Translations under genes and position numbers: made by a program | In this document: positions 29,914 through 40,353 of the stretch, in pieces | Numbering within the stretch: the first letter of the stretch is position 1 | How the letters are laid out: each line of letters begins with the position of its first letter | The notes under the pieces: model-generated | The model's database searches: none | Told to the model about the DNA's origin: nothing | What the model saw: the letters and a program-made list of their open reading frames with translations, nothing else | Assembly: GCA_963675755.2 (NCBI GenBank) | Contig: CAXXMD010000003.1 | Span: 320,001 to 384,000, forward strand | DNA length: 64,000 nucleotides | Source of the DNA: a bacterium | GTDB lineage: Bacteria; Zhuqueibacterota; Zhuqueibacteria; Residuimicrobiales; Krinioviventaceae | Direction of reading: 5' to 3'

Positions 29914-32034
29914 ATGTTGAAAAATAAATCCATATTATTTTTAATTGCTGCATTATTTATACTTTCAAGTGCGGCATTGGCAGTAAAACCGCGTTACAGT
30001 ACCTACCAGTCAAAAGGTAAATTTGAACGGGGTACCAGCAAAAAAATGTCCATCCTGCACAAAGGGATCCTTACTCCGGCGCCCAAAGTAGAAAAAATCA
30101 TGAGCACCGGTGATCCGTTTATCTGGTCCGCAATCAGTGACAGTAAAGGCAATATATATCTGGGCTCAGGTAACGACGGCATTGTATACAAAATATCAGC
30201 CAAAGGTGATACTGCCGTATGGCTCGACACAGACGAACTGGAAGTTTATGCCCTTGCAGCAGACAAACAAGATAATATCTATGTGGGCACATCGCCACGC
30301 GGTAAAGTATACAAAGTAACACCCTCTGGCACCAAAACAGAATTTTACAGTCCAAAATCCGACTATATTTGGGACATGGATATGGATGCAAAAGGCAATT
30401 TATACGTTGCTACCGGTTCTATTGCCTCAATTATAAAAATCACACCAGACGGCACACCTTCAGTTGTAATGAAAAGCGAACAAACCCATATTCGCAGTAT
30501 TTTTGTTCACAATAATACAATCTATGCGGGCAGCAGCGGTAACGGTTATGTTTATAAAATCGAACCGGGCGGCACTCCCTTTGTTATTCTGGACACCCAA
30601 ATGCAAGAAGTTCATGATATCCTGGTAACACCGGATGGTACGGTTTACGCGGCAGCGTTTGGTGAAACAGCAGCCATGTACCCGGGACAGCCCAAGGAAA
30701 GAGCAGACCAGGGTAAATCAAACGGTGACAGTGACGAAGAAGAGGGTGAAAACGAAGCCTCCTTTGCACAATCATTCCTTTTAGAAAATATGGCACAAAC
30801 AGCACAAACCCCCACTGCTTTATATCGAATCGAAACCAATGGCTATGCCAAAGATCTGTGGTTGGGTGCTGAAGAACATATACAATCCTTGTTGCTGGCA
30901 AAAGATGGTAACATTCTTGCCGGTACGGGTGATAATGGTAAATTATACTCTATAGACAAAGAAGGTAATTCTTCATTGCTATTCAACATCGAAGAATCAC
31001 AAATCACAGCAATGACATACGGTATTGACCATAAACTGGTCATAGGTACTTCGAACCTGGGAATTGCCTATGTAGTAATGCCTGAAAAGTCCAAAACTGC
31101 CGAGTATGAATCCGAAACGATTGATACAGGACTGCAATCCATTTGGGGCACCCTGGCCTGGAAAGGTTCAGAGAATGACGGCAAGATAGAATTCTACACT
31201 CGCTCCGGAAATACAGAACTCCCGGAACAATCATGGAGCGAATGGCAAAAAACAGTCATGGAAAACGGCGCATTGAAAATTAAAAGTCCTGCGGCCCGCT
31301 ATGTACAATGGAAGTGCGAAATGCAGCCCGGTAAAAATCCACCACAGATTAAAGAAGTAAATATTGCCTATATGCAAAAAAACCTTCCACCTTTAATAAG
31401 CGATATTGTCATTCATCCCCCCGGCAATTATTATGAAATAGATGACAATAGCGAAATCCGTGAAAAAGGCATTCCTTACCCGCAAACACCAACACAGGAA
31501 GGCAAAAAAACAGGATTTCAAAGTGTAGACTGGTTGTTCGAAGATCCCAATTTTGACGGTATCCTGTTCAGTGTACAATATTGCAAAACAGGTTCAAAAA
31601 ACTGGAAAACATTGGTCACCGATTATCCCGGAAGTTATTTCTCCTGGGATAGCCGTCAAATGGCAGATGGAGAATATCTGGTAAAAGTTATTGCTACTGA
31701 TGCACCATCTAATCCCAAGGCAATGACCCTGACCGGAGAAAAGAATAGTGAGCCCTTTATTATTGACAATTCAGGCCCCAAAATTAACATTCAATCATTA
31801 AAAGATAAAATCCTGACTGTATCAGCAGAGGATGCCTGGAACAACCTGGAAAAAGTTTATTACAGCGTCAATGCTTCATCATGGGAAATCATCTATCCCA
31901 CTGACCAGATAACAGACGCAAAAAAAGAAAAATATCAGATAACAATAGACGTAGCATTACCGGCAGAGATCGCGATCAAAGCCCATGACAATGTTGGAAA
32001 TGTAACAGTAGTACACAAAGAACTAGAAAAATAG
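29914..32034 (+). CDS. Secreted beta-propeller protein with C-terminal Ig/FN3-like domains
   Basis: Repeats of D.KGNIY.G(S/T)G..G.VYKI; TRSGNT..P..SWSEW; DGEYLVKV.ATD. Confidence 0.75.
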   Translation: MLKNKSILFLIAALFILSSAALAVKPRYSTYQSKGKFERGTSKKMSILHKGILTPAPKVEKIMSTGDPFIWSAISDSKGNIYLGSGNDGIVYKISAKGDTAVWLDTDELEVYALAADKQDNIYVGTSPRGKVYKVTPSGTKTEFYSPKSDYIWDMDMDAKGNLYVATGSIASIIKITPDGTPSVVMKSEQTHIRSIFVHNNTIYAGSSGNGYVYKIEPGGTPFVILDTQMQEVHDILVTPDGTVYAAAFGETAAMYPGQPKERADQGKSNGDSDEEEGENEASFAQSFLLENMAQTAQTPTALYRIETNGYAKDLWLGAEEHIQSLLLAKDGNILAGTGDNGKLYSIDKEGNSSLLFNIEESQITAMTYGIDHKLVIGTSNLGIAYVVMPEKSKTAEYESETIDTGLQSIWGTLAWKGSENDGKIEFYTRSGNTELPEQSWSEWQKTVMENGALKIKSPAARYVQWKCEMQPGKNPPQIKEVNIAYMQKNLPPLISDIVIHPPGNYYEIDDNSEIREKGIPYPQTPTQEGKKTGFQSVDWLFEDPNFDGILFSVQYCKTGSKNWKTLVTDYPGSYFSWDSRQMADGEYLVKVIATDAPSNPKAMTLTGEKNSEPFIIDNSGPKINIQSLKDKILTVSAEDAWNNLEKVYYSVNASSWEIIYPTDQITDAKKEKYQITIDVALPAEIAIKAHDNVGNVTVVHKELEK

Positions 32035-32037
32035 GTT

Positions 32038-33021
32038 ATGGTATCAAAAACACACTGGAAAAACCTGACCCGCTTTATCTCCAATGGTGAACATTTCCTG
32101 ATCACCACACATATTAATCCGGATGGAGACGGGTTGGGCAGCCAAATTGCAATGGCTGAATATTTGAAACAATGTGGTAAAAGCGTAACACTGATCAATA
32201 ACAATCTGACTCCGGTTTATTTTAGCTTTCTGGATCCTGAAAACCAGATCCAAATCTACAATCCCGATCTGGATGATGCAATCAAATCCGTTGATGGTGC
32301 TGTTATTGTAGATATCAGCGACTGGGAACGGCTGGGCAAATTGGGCCAGGTTATCAAAACGAACAACATTCCGGTTGCCTGTATAGATCATCATATACCC
32401 ACAGATACAATGGGCGAAACACAAATTCTGGATCAGACTGTTTCTTCAACCGGAGAACTGGTGTATCAATATCTTGCAGAACAGAATGCGGATTTTAGTG
32501 ACAGAATTTTGTCGGCTTTGTACACAACGATCCTGACAGATACGGGATCGTTTCGGTTTTCCAATACAACCCCTCAAACGCATCGCATAGCTGCTGACTT
32601 GATTGAGCGTGGGGCTGATTTTAAAATGATCTTTAAAAACATTTACGAAAGCCATTCAAAAAACCGGGTGCGGCTGACCGGAGAATTATTAAGTAATCTG
32701 CAATTTGCATGTGATGATAGACTGGCGTGGTTTGTGCTGTCTAAAGAACTGATTGAAAGGTGTGGTGTGGAAACCTGGGAGCTTGAAGGGCTGTCAGAAC
32801 TTCCCCGACACCTGAAAAACCTGGAAATCAGTATCATGTTTACAGAAATAGATAAAGGTACAAAGGTTAGCTTGCGTTCAAGCGGCAATATTCCAATTAA
32901 TGGCCTGGCGAACCTGTTCGGTGGTGGCGGGCACCAGTTTGCATCCGGTGCTCTGCTGAAAATGGACAAAGATACAGCCATTGAAACCATTATTAAAGAA
33001 GCTAAAAAATTATTCAATTAA
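32038..33021 (+). CDS. nrnA: DHH/DHHA1 phosphoesterase (NrnA-like)
   Basis: HINPDGDG.GS, IDHH, TDTGSF, SLRS, GGGGH..ASG. Confidence 0.9.
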   Translation: MVSKTHWKNLTRFISNGEHFLITTHINPDGDGLGSQIAMAEYLKQCGKSVTLINNNLTPVYFSFLDPENQIQIYNPDLDDAIKSVDGAVIVDISDWERLGKLGQVIKTNNIPVACIDHHIPTDTMGETQILDQTVSSTGELVYQYLAEQNADFSDRILSALYTTILTDTGSFRFSNTTPQTHRIAADLIERGADFKMIFKNIYESHSKNRVRLTGELLSNLQFACDDRLAWFVLSKELIERCGVETWELEGLSELPRHLKNLEISIMFTEIDKGTKVSLRSSGNIPINGLANLFGGGGHQFASGALLKMDKDTAIETIIKEAKKLFN

Positions 33022-33034
33022 ATCAGTATAATTT

Positions 33035-36000
33035 ATGACCAAAGATGATGAAAAAATTGAATTGTTGCACCACCTGGCAGGGTTATCGCATTCCGGTTAT
33101 GATCCCGCAAATGTATTCAAACAGATGCGGAACACAACCGAACAGCTTTTGAATTGCGATTCTGTACTGGTGATGATCAATGATCATGAAAATAATGTTT
33201 TAACAGCAGCAAACCATTTTAACAATTTTTCTTCATCTTTTAACAATCTGACCATCCCTTATTCTGATCCACTGGTCATTGATATTCTTGTAAATAAAAA
33301 ACACAAGAGCAGGCTGGCCCCTGAAAATCCTTTGCTGCCGTCATCAAAGTCAGAAGTATTTGTACCCATCCAGTCCCCGCAAAAGATGATAGGCTGTCTC
33401 TATCTGGGTAGAAATAAAGAAACCGCGTTTTCTCCTCTTGAAATCAAATGGGCTGAAATGGCAATCGGTTATTTTGCTTCAGTCATGGAACGCACCGAGT
33501 GGGAAAAAGAAAGATACCATTATCAAGGCAGCCAGCAAAAATCAAAATCGCTTACCATTTCATTCATAGAATCTTTACAGCAGCCGGCTGTTATTGTTGA
33601 CATCCATAAAGATAAATTTTACCAGATCAATGCTGCGTTTACTGATCTGTTTGAAATCAGTCAAAATGATCTTTCTCACCTTGCTTTTTCAGCAATGTGT
33701 CGTGATCATTTAAAGATCAAAGACCTGGATCCTGAAGCAAAACAAAACTTTATCACCAACTGGACATTCAAAGATAACCAGTTAAAGAGCCTGAAAACCG
33801 TTTTCACATTTTTAGATAATGTTGAAACAGGCATGCTTCTATTGATCTTTCAGGAAGACAAACAAAATACCCAGGAATTGAACAATTTCTGGCTGCATGA
33901 ACTGTTTGCTTCTTTAAGCGCATTTGAATTTCAGGATCTTCAAACTGACTATAGAAATACGGCAAGTATTATCTTTAATCAGTTCAATACAGATTGTCTC
34001 ATCATTCATCGTACTCTGAACAAACATGTTCAAACACTGGCAAGTTATGAGAACAAAGACGGGGCAGCCATTGACGCTACTGACTCGATTTCAAAGCTGG
34101 TAAATCCCAACTATTTATTATCTATTGCAGAAAAAAAGAAACCCCTTTACCTTTCAGATATATCTAAAACCAAAGAGTTTGAAAAGCTTGCCAATTCCGG
34201 CATTCAGTCTGTCACTTGCATTCCGTTAACCATAAACGATCAAAGCCTGGGAATGCTAACGCTCTGCTGTAAAGAATCCGGCACATGGAACTCGAAAGAT
34301 AAAATAAAATTGTCAAGCATTTCTCAAATCTCTACCTATTTTATCTTTTCTCCTCAACTACTGACCGAGTTGAATACCACCAGAGAATACCAAAATTTAA
34401 TGGAAAAGGCAATAAAACAGACTTTTTCTGATCAACCTCTTGAAACCAAAGTAGTGAATATTGCTCAAAACCTGATTGAACAGATACCCTTTGATTACTT
34501 TTCCCTCACGCTTTTTGATGACACCGGCAATATTGAAAAAGCAATTGATCTTGCCCTGCCCGACTCGATAGATGCGTTTGAAACACCACTCCAACAGGAA
34601 AAGATTAAAGACTCTCACCTTTCAAGGGTGCATCAGGAATTGAAAAATTCTTCCACCAAAGCAAATATTATGCAGCCCTTTAGACTGCCTTTTTCATTAC
34701 CGGCACATACAAGTGTTGTAATGGTTAGCGGAGAACGATATTTGGGGAATTTTGCATTAGGACGGCTGCAAAAGACACCTTTTTCCCGCAAAGAGACGGA
34801 TCTTTTAAAGCTGTTGGGCACCTTTTTCTCCAGTGCGGTTTCGCTGCAGAACAACAACAAGAATGAACTCTGGATTAAAGCCAAAGCCATTCAGGAACAT
34901 CTCCAGCCGGACCTGAAAAAGGACATCAGCAAACAGGATTTGTTAAAATCAATTTGTGACACGGTTTCGACCGTTTTCGAGGGCACGCAATGTAAAGGTG
35001 CGTTTGTTCATGAAAATATGCGCATACTGGAACTGTTTGACTGGGTATCTCGGCAATCTCTAAAACATTTGTCCGTAGCAAAAATAAAAAAATTGCTGCT
35101 GGAACTATCAAAATCTCGTAAACCCATTTTAATTGCGAATTTAAACACGTTCAAAAAGGTTATATGCGTTCAGGAAGCGACTGATAAGGATTTATCCTTT
35201 TTCAAACCCTTTGTCATCTCGCCAATATTTAAAAACGAAAAAATCCATGTGCTGATGCTTACCAGCTGGAACAAACCCCATGTTCCCGATAGCATTTCAA
35301 TGCAGGCACTGGAAATGTACACCAATCAGACCAAAGCTATCCTTCAGAACTTTGAAGCTCTCCAGTCCTTGCAGCAAAAAGCAAACGCTCTTGAAGATTA
35401 TGCGCACATGGCAGCACACGAGTTAAAATCACCCCTGCAAACCATAAAAAACTATGCATCTATACTCAAAGAAGACCTGAACGAAAAAATTGATCCCGAT
35501 GCTGAACAATATTTAAACAGATTACTGATCAACCTGGACAATATGGAAAACATGATTTCAGAATTACTAAACATGTCCAGCCAACAGCATACTGAATCCG
35601 AAATGATTGAATTTGTTCCCCAACCGGTTATCCAAAAATCACTGGCTTCACTTGAAAAGATGATTCAGGAAAGCAAAGCCGAGATAAAAATAGATAAATC
35701 TTTGCCCAAAATCTATGCTAACAAACACGGATTTGAGCATATTATCACTAATCTGGTTTCCAATGCAATCAAATACACAAAATCTACAGATACTCCACAA
35801 ATAACAATCTATGGGCGTAAAAATGGCAGCAAGACAGAAATCACCGTTGCTGATTTGGGTATGGGTATTGCGGAAAAAGACCTGGATAAAGTGTTTGAAC
35901 CGTTTTTTAAACAAAATGACACTCCGGGTCAAAAAAGCACGGGTTTGGGATTACCCCTGGTTAAAAGGATTGTTGAACAGCACGAGGGTACAATTAAAAT

Positions 36001-36058
36001 AGAATCCCAACTCAATAAAGGAACTCGTTTTATTATTACATTCCCAAATAAAAAATAA
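33035..36058 (+). CDS. Cytoplasmic multi-GAF sensor histidine kinase
   Basis: AHELKSPL H-box, NLVSNAIKY, DLGMGI, VFEPF, TGLGL; several GAF/PAS-like segments; no TM. Confidence 0.9.
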   Translation: MTKDDEKIELLHHLAGLSHSGYDPANVFKQMRNTTEQLLNCDSVLVMINDHENNVLTAANHFNNFSSSFNNLTIPYSDPLVIDILVNKKHKSRLAPENPLLPSSKSEVFVPIQSPQKMIGCLYLGRNKETAFSPLEIKWAEMAIGYFASVMERTEWEKERYHYQGSQQKSKSLTISFIESLQQPAVIVDIHKDKFYQINAAFTDLFEISQNDLSHLAFSAMCRDHLKIKDLDPEAKQNFITNWTFKDNQLKSLKTVFTFLDNVETGMLLLIFQEDKQNTQELNNFWLHELFASLSAFEFQDLQTDYRNTASIIFNQFNTDCLIIHRTLNKHVQTLASYENKDGAAIDATDSISKLVNPNYLLSIAEKKKPLYLSDISKTKEFEKLANSGIQSVTCIPLTINDQSLGMLTLCCKESGTWNSKDKIKLSSISQISTYFIFSPQLLTELNTTREYQNLMEKAIKQTFSDQPLETKVVNIAQNLIEQIPFDYFSLTLFDDTGNIEKAIDLALPDSIDAFETPLQQEKIKDSHLSRVHQELKNSSTKANIMQPFRLPFSLPAHTSVVMVSGERYLGNFALGRLQKTPFSRKETDLLKLLGTFFSSAVSLQNNNKNELWIKAKAIQEHLQPDLKKDISKQDLLKSICDTVSTVFEGTQCKGAFVHENMRILELFDWVSRQSLKHLSVAKIKKLLLELSKSRKPILIANLNTFKKVICVQEATDKDLSFFKPFVISPIFKNEKIHVLMLTSWNKPHVPDSISMQALEMYTNQTKAILQNFEALQSLQQKANALEDYAHMAAHELKSPLQTIKNYASILKEDLNEKIDPDAEQYLNRLLINLDNMENMISELLNMSSQQHTESEMIEFVPQPVIQKSLASLEKMIQESKAEIKIDKSLPKIYANKHGFEHIITNLVSNAIKYTKSTDTPQITIYGRKNGSKTEITVADLGMGIAEKDLDKVFEPFFKQNDTPGQKSTGLGLPLVKRIVEQHEGTIKIESQLNKGTRFIITFPNKK

Positions 36059-36172
36059 TATTTTTTTAGGAGTATTTTTTTATATTTTAATGTTAAATTA
36101 GCATTGATTTGTAATAACTTTTAATTAGTAAATTATTGACAAAATTAGTATTTATCACTACATTCTGTTTGA

Positions 36173-37180
36173 ATGATTGCAGAAACTTTCCATAAAGGAA
36201 CTTTTGTGAACGCAACCGAAATATTCTCAACTGTACAACACCATTTAGACAATTTTGAAATAGCCCTTAACAAGAAATTACATTCTAATATACCGCTTGC
36301 CGAGACTGTTGTCAGGTACGTAGCTGACAAACGCGGTAAACGTCTTCGGCCGCTTTTGGTTTTCCTTACTGCTGAAATGCATGGAACCCCAAATGATGTT
36401 ACCATGGCTTCAAGCCTGGTTATAGAATTACTGCACACTGCAACACTTGTGCATGATGATGTTGTTGATGATTCAGAGTTGAGAAGAGGCCACCCAACAG
36501 TTAACAGTCTCTGGAACAGTAAAATCTCTATATTGGTAGGTGACTTTTTATTCTCCAAAACCTTGTCAACCATGGTTGACTTGCAGAGCATTCAAGCGCT
36601 CGCAATACTGTCAGATTCTGCAAATCAAATCACCGAAGGTGAATTACTTCAAATGGACCAGGAATATCTTAACGGTCTGAACGAGTCCATCTATTACGAA
36701 CTGATAACGAAAAAAACCGCGTCTCTTTTCAGTGCTTCATGTCAGTTGGGCGCCTTGTCCGTCTCTGCGGATGAACTTGCCATCAAACGCATGGGATTAT
36801 TGGGCGAAAATTTAGGTATAGCATTCCAGATTACAGATGATCTGTTGGATTATATTGGGGATGAAAAAATTCTCGGCAAACCGGTGGGAAACGACATTCG
36901 GGAACATAAAATCACATTACCGCTGATCTTTGCGTTAAACAAGGCCGAAGCTCCTGTTAAGGAAAAAATTCTTGCTCATTTTGACAATGGCACCTTTTCA
37001 GACAAGGAAATTAAACACATTATCGACTTTGCTCACGACTATGGCGGCATTGAATACACCAAACAGACTGCTAATACTTTTGCAAACAAGGCTTCATCCG
37101 TGCTTACCGCGTATCCTGATTCCGAATACAACCAAACACTGAAGCAGCTGGTTGCATTTTCAATCAACCGCGATGTCTGA
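36173..37180 (+). CDS. Polyprenyl diphosphate synthase (IspB-like)
   Basis: GKRLRP, LVHDDVVD, RRG, KTASLF, FQITDDLLD. Confidence 0.93.
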   Translation: MIAETFHKGTFVNATEIFSTVQHHLDNFEIALNKKLHSNIPLAETVVRYVADKRGKRLRPLLVFLTAEMHGTPNDVTMASSLVIELLHTATLVHDDVVDDSELRRGHPTVNSLWNSKISILVGDFLFSKTLSTMVDLQSIQALAILSDSANQITEGELLQMDQEYLNGLNESIYYELITKKTASLFSASCQLGALSVSADELAIKRMGLLGENLGIAFQITDDLLDYIGDEKILGKPVGNDIREHKITLPLIFALNKAEAPVKEKILAHFDNGTFSDKEIKHIIDFAHDYGGIEYTKQTANTFANKASSVLTAYPDSEYNQTLKQLVAFSINRDV

Positions 37181-37282
37181 TACTGCACAGCAAACATATT
37201 CCACGGTTAAAATTCTGTTTTTGAATTTCACAAATTTTATTAAATTTAATAAAATCCGGTATATAAATAGGGTAATTGATCT

Positions 37283-38317
37283 TTGAAAATGGCAGCCCCG
37301 GAAAAAATACTGCTTATTCGACTCAGTTCCATGGGAGATATTATTCTTACTACTCCCCTGGTTCGGATATTGAAAAATAAATATCCCAATGCTGAAATTG
37401 ATTTTGTGGTAAAATCACAATTCCAGGATGTTCTTGCTGCAAATCCACATATCCATACATTATGGACGTTGGATACTGGCAAGGGTAAATCAGCAATGCG
37501 TGATTTAAAACAGAAATTGATTTCCCGTAATTATGACTGGGTGGTTGATATACACAAAAACTTTCGCAGCAGCTATCTCAAACGCGGCTTGAAAGCAGAT
37601 TATTTCTCGTATAAAAAATACAGACTGATTCGTCTTTTGCTGGTTAAATTCAACATCAACCTTTACGATGAAATCATACCCGTCAGTCAACGTTATATAA
37701 ACAGCGTACAATCTAAAGGTATTGAAAACGATTACAAGGGTGTTGATTTATTTTTGAATTCAGATACGCGTAACTCTATCCATAACAAACTCGTTGATTT
37801 GGGAGCGTTACATCAACCGATTGTATGCATTGCACCTGGGGCAGGCTTTTGGAACAAGCGCTGGCCCATTGAATATTTTAGCCAGGTTGCTCATGAATTG
37901 ACTGATAACCATAATATGAATGTTTTTGTTATGGGTGATTCACGGGATAAACCCCTGGCTGCCGAAATTGTAAAAAATTGCAGCAAAAACATTTTTGATT
38001 TTACCGGTCAGTTCAGCATTATGGAATCTGCTTGCGTTATGGACCATGCGAATCTGGTTCTCACCAATGACAGTGGATTGATGCACATGGCTGCCGCGCT
38101 CAACAAAAAAACGCTGTCAATTTTCGGTCCCACAACGCGGGAACTGGGTTTTTTCCCACAGCACCCGCAGGCAGTAGTTCTTGAAAATGCGGATCTGAAC
38201 TGCAGACCCTGCACACACATGGGATCAAACAAATGCCCAAAGAAGCATTTTAAATGCATGAAAGATATAACACCTAAACAGGTAACACAAGAACTTTTAC
38301 AATTGTTTTATTCATAA
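37283..38317 (+). CDS. waaF: GT9 lipopolysaccharide heptosyltransferase II
   Basis: RLSSMGDI, APGA...KRWP, NDSGLMHMAAA, FGPT, CRPC. Confidence 0.82.
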   Translation: MKMAAPEKILLIRLSSMGDIILTTPLVRILKNKYPNAEIDFVVKSQFQDVLAANPHIHTLWTLDTGKGKSAMRDLKQKLISRNYDWVVDIHKNFRSSYLKRGLKADYFSYKKYRLIRLLLVKFNINLYDEIIPVSQRYINSVQSKGIENDYKGVDLFLNSDTRNSIHNKLVDLGALHQPIVCIAPGAGFWNKRWPIEYFSQVAHELTDNHNMNVFVMGDSRDKPLAAEIVKNCSKNIFDFTGQFSIMESACVMDHANLVLTNDSGLMHMAAALNKKTLSIFGPTTRELGFFPQHPQAVVLENADLNCRPCTHMGSNKCPKKHFKCMKDITPKQVTQELLQLFYS

Positions 38318-38332
38318 ACAAAGGAAAAGCCT

Positions 38333-38707
38333 TTGCAAGGAAAAGCATTAGCCGAACAGATATCTCAACTTGTTCTTGATATTAAAGGACAGGATATTGT
38401 AATTATGGACCTTCAGGGTCTAACATCTATTGCGGATTATTTTGTAATCTGTACAGTAGACAGTGATGTACAGGCCAAAGCCATTAAAAACCACATTGCA
38501 GATGAACTGCTCTATCAATCTATTCGCCCCTGGCATGTTGAAGGCACCAACAACCTCAACTGGGTACTGATGGATTTTGTAGATGTGGTGGTCCATATCT
38601 TTTTAAAGGAATCTCGTGATTTCTATTCCCTTGAAAAATTGTGGGGAGATGCAAAAATTACACAAATAAAGGACGATGATGAAACCTCTGGAACACATAC
38701 GCAATAG
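38333..38707 (+). CDS. rsfS: Ribosome silencing factor
   Basis: KGQDI, ADYFVIC, WVLMDF.DVVVHIF, FYSLEKLW. Confidence 0.95.
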   Translation: MQGKALAEQISQLVLDIKGQDIVIMDLQGLTSIADYFVICTVDSDVQAKAIKNHIADELLYQSIRPWHVEGTNNLNWVLMDFVDVVVHIFLKESRDFYSLEKLWGDAKITQIKDDDETSGTHTQ

Positions 38708-40337
38708 TATAAAAAAAGCACTTGAAGAAAACGGATTCGACACATCCGACAAAACCCTGTTAAGCCTCGAGAAACCGAAACAGGCTGAACATGGCGATAT
38801 ATCTTCTACTGTTGCCATGAACCTGGCCAAAATCGCTAAAAAAGCGCCCCGTCAGATCGCGCAGGATCTGGTTAACAGCCTGAACCAGAATCTGGATACG
38901 GACTATATCACCAAAATCGACATTGCGGGTCCCGGTTTTATAAATTTTTATCTTGCTGAAAATTGTCTTCAGCAATCCGTTCTTACCATACTGGATGAAG
39001 GCAAAAATTTTGGTAACAGTAACTGGGGTGACGGCCACAAGATCAACTTTGAGTTTGTCAGCGCCAATCCTACCGGTCCTTTGAACATCGTCAGCGCGCG
39101 CGCCGCTGCTGTTGGTGATGTATTAACCACCCTGTTCAACATGGTGGGATACGAAGCAAAACGGGAATACTATATTAATGATGCCGGCAGACAAGTCCGG
39201 TTGTTAGGTGCGTCGGTTAGTGCCCGATACATGACCGAACTCGGGCAAGAACAGTCCGTTCCCGAAGATGGATACCATGGCGACTATTTGATCGACCTGG
39301 CTAAAGAAATTGTTGCCCAGGATGGTGATAAATATGCCTCTCTTGCCGACGATGATAGAGCAGCCAAATTAGGACGCATGGCACTGGAATATATGATTAG
39401 TCGTCACAAAGCCAGTATGAAAAACTATCGTCTGGAATATGACGAATGGTTTAACGAAACCCGTATTCGCGAAGCAAACGCGCACCAAAAAGTGCTTGAT
39501 CATTTTGCAAAAACAGACATGAGCTATGAAAAAGAAGATGCTCTCTGGTTTAAATCTTCTGAATACGGTGATGAAAAAGACCGTGTACTCATTACCAGCC
39601 AGGGTGAACCGACATATTTTCTCATCGACATTGCGTATCATCAGAACAAATATGATCGCGGATTCGAAACACTGATTGATTTCTGGGGTCCTGACCATCA
39701 CGGTTACATTCCCCGTATGAGCGCCGCATTACAGGCTTTGGGACATCCCAAAGAAAATTTTGACGTTAGCATCATTCAGCAGGTGAACCTGCTGCGCAGC
39801 GGTAAAACCATCAAAATGTCGAAACGCGCCGGCGAAATCGTAGAAATGGACGAGCTCATCAATGAAGTAGGTGTGGATGCCGCACGTTACTTTTTTGTAG
39901 ATCGTCGTATCTCACAGCCATTGGATTTTGACATTGATCTGGCAAAAAAACAAAGCGATGAGAATCCGGTTTTTTATGTTCAATACGCACACGCGCGTAT
40001 CTGTAACATTATGCGCCACGCGCAGGAAAATGGAGTGGAAATTCCGGAAACTGCGGACATGTCTCCCATGACCAACACTTACGAGTTGGCTCTTGTCATT
40101 AAACTGCTCGACTTTCCGGAAATGGTAACCAAAGCAGTTGAGAATATGGAGCCGCATCGTATCACCAATTATTTGCACGAAACCGCAACGGTATTTCATA
40201 AATTTTATCACGAGAACCGGGTAGTAACCGAAGACAACGCAATGACAGCAGCCAGATTAATGCTCTGCAAGGCAGCTAAACAGGTTATTGCCAACGGATT
40301 GGATGTTTTAGGTATTTCTGCACCCGAAAACATGTAA
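38676..40337 (+). CDS. argS: Arginine--tRNA ligase
   Basis: AGPGFINF, EFVSANPTGPL, YINDAG, MSKRAG, YVQYAHAR, GISAPENM. Confidence 0.97.
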   Translation: MMKPLEHIRNSIKKALEENGFDTSDKTLLSLEKPKQAEHGDISSTVAMNLAKIAKKAPRQIAQDLVNSLNQNLDTDYITKIDIAGPGFINFYLAENCLQQSVLTILDEGKNFGNSNWGDGHKINFEFVSANPTGPLNIVSARAAAVGDVLTTLFNMVGYEAKREYYINDAGRQVRLLGASVSARYMTELGQEQSVPEDGYHGDYLIDLAKEIVAQDGDKYASLADDDRAAKLGRMALEYMISRHKASMKNYRLEYDEWFNETRIREANAHQKVLDHFAKTDMSYEKEDALWFKSSEYGDEKDRVLITSQGEPTYFLIDIAYHQNKYDRGFETLIDFWGPDHHGYIPRMSAALQALGHPKENFDVSIIQQVNLLRSGKTIKMSKRAGEIVEMDELINEVGVDAARYFFVDRRISQPLDFDIDLAKKQSDENPVFYVQYAHARICNIMRHAQENGVEIPETADMSPMTNTYELALVIKLLDFPEMVTKAVENMEPHRITNYLHETATVFHKFYHENRVVTEDNAMTAARLMLCKAAKQVIANGLDVLGISAPENM

Positions 40338-40353
40338 CCACAAGGAGTTATTC

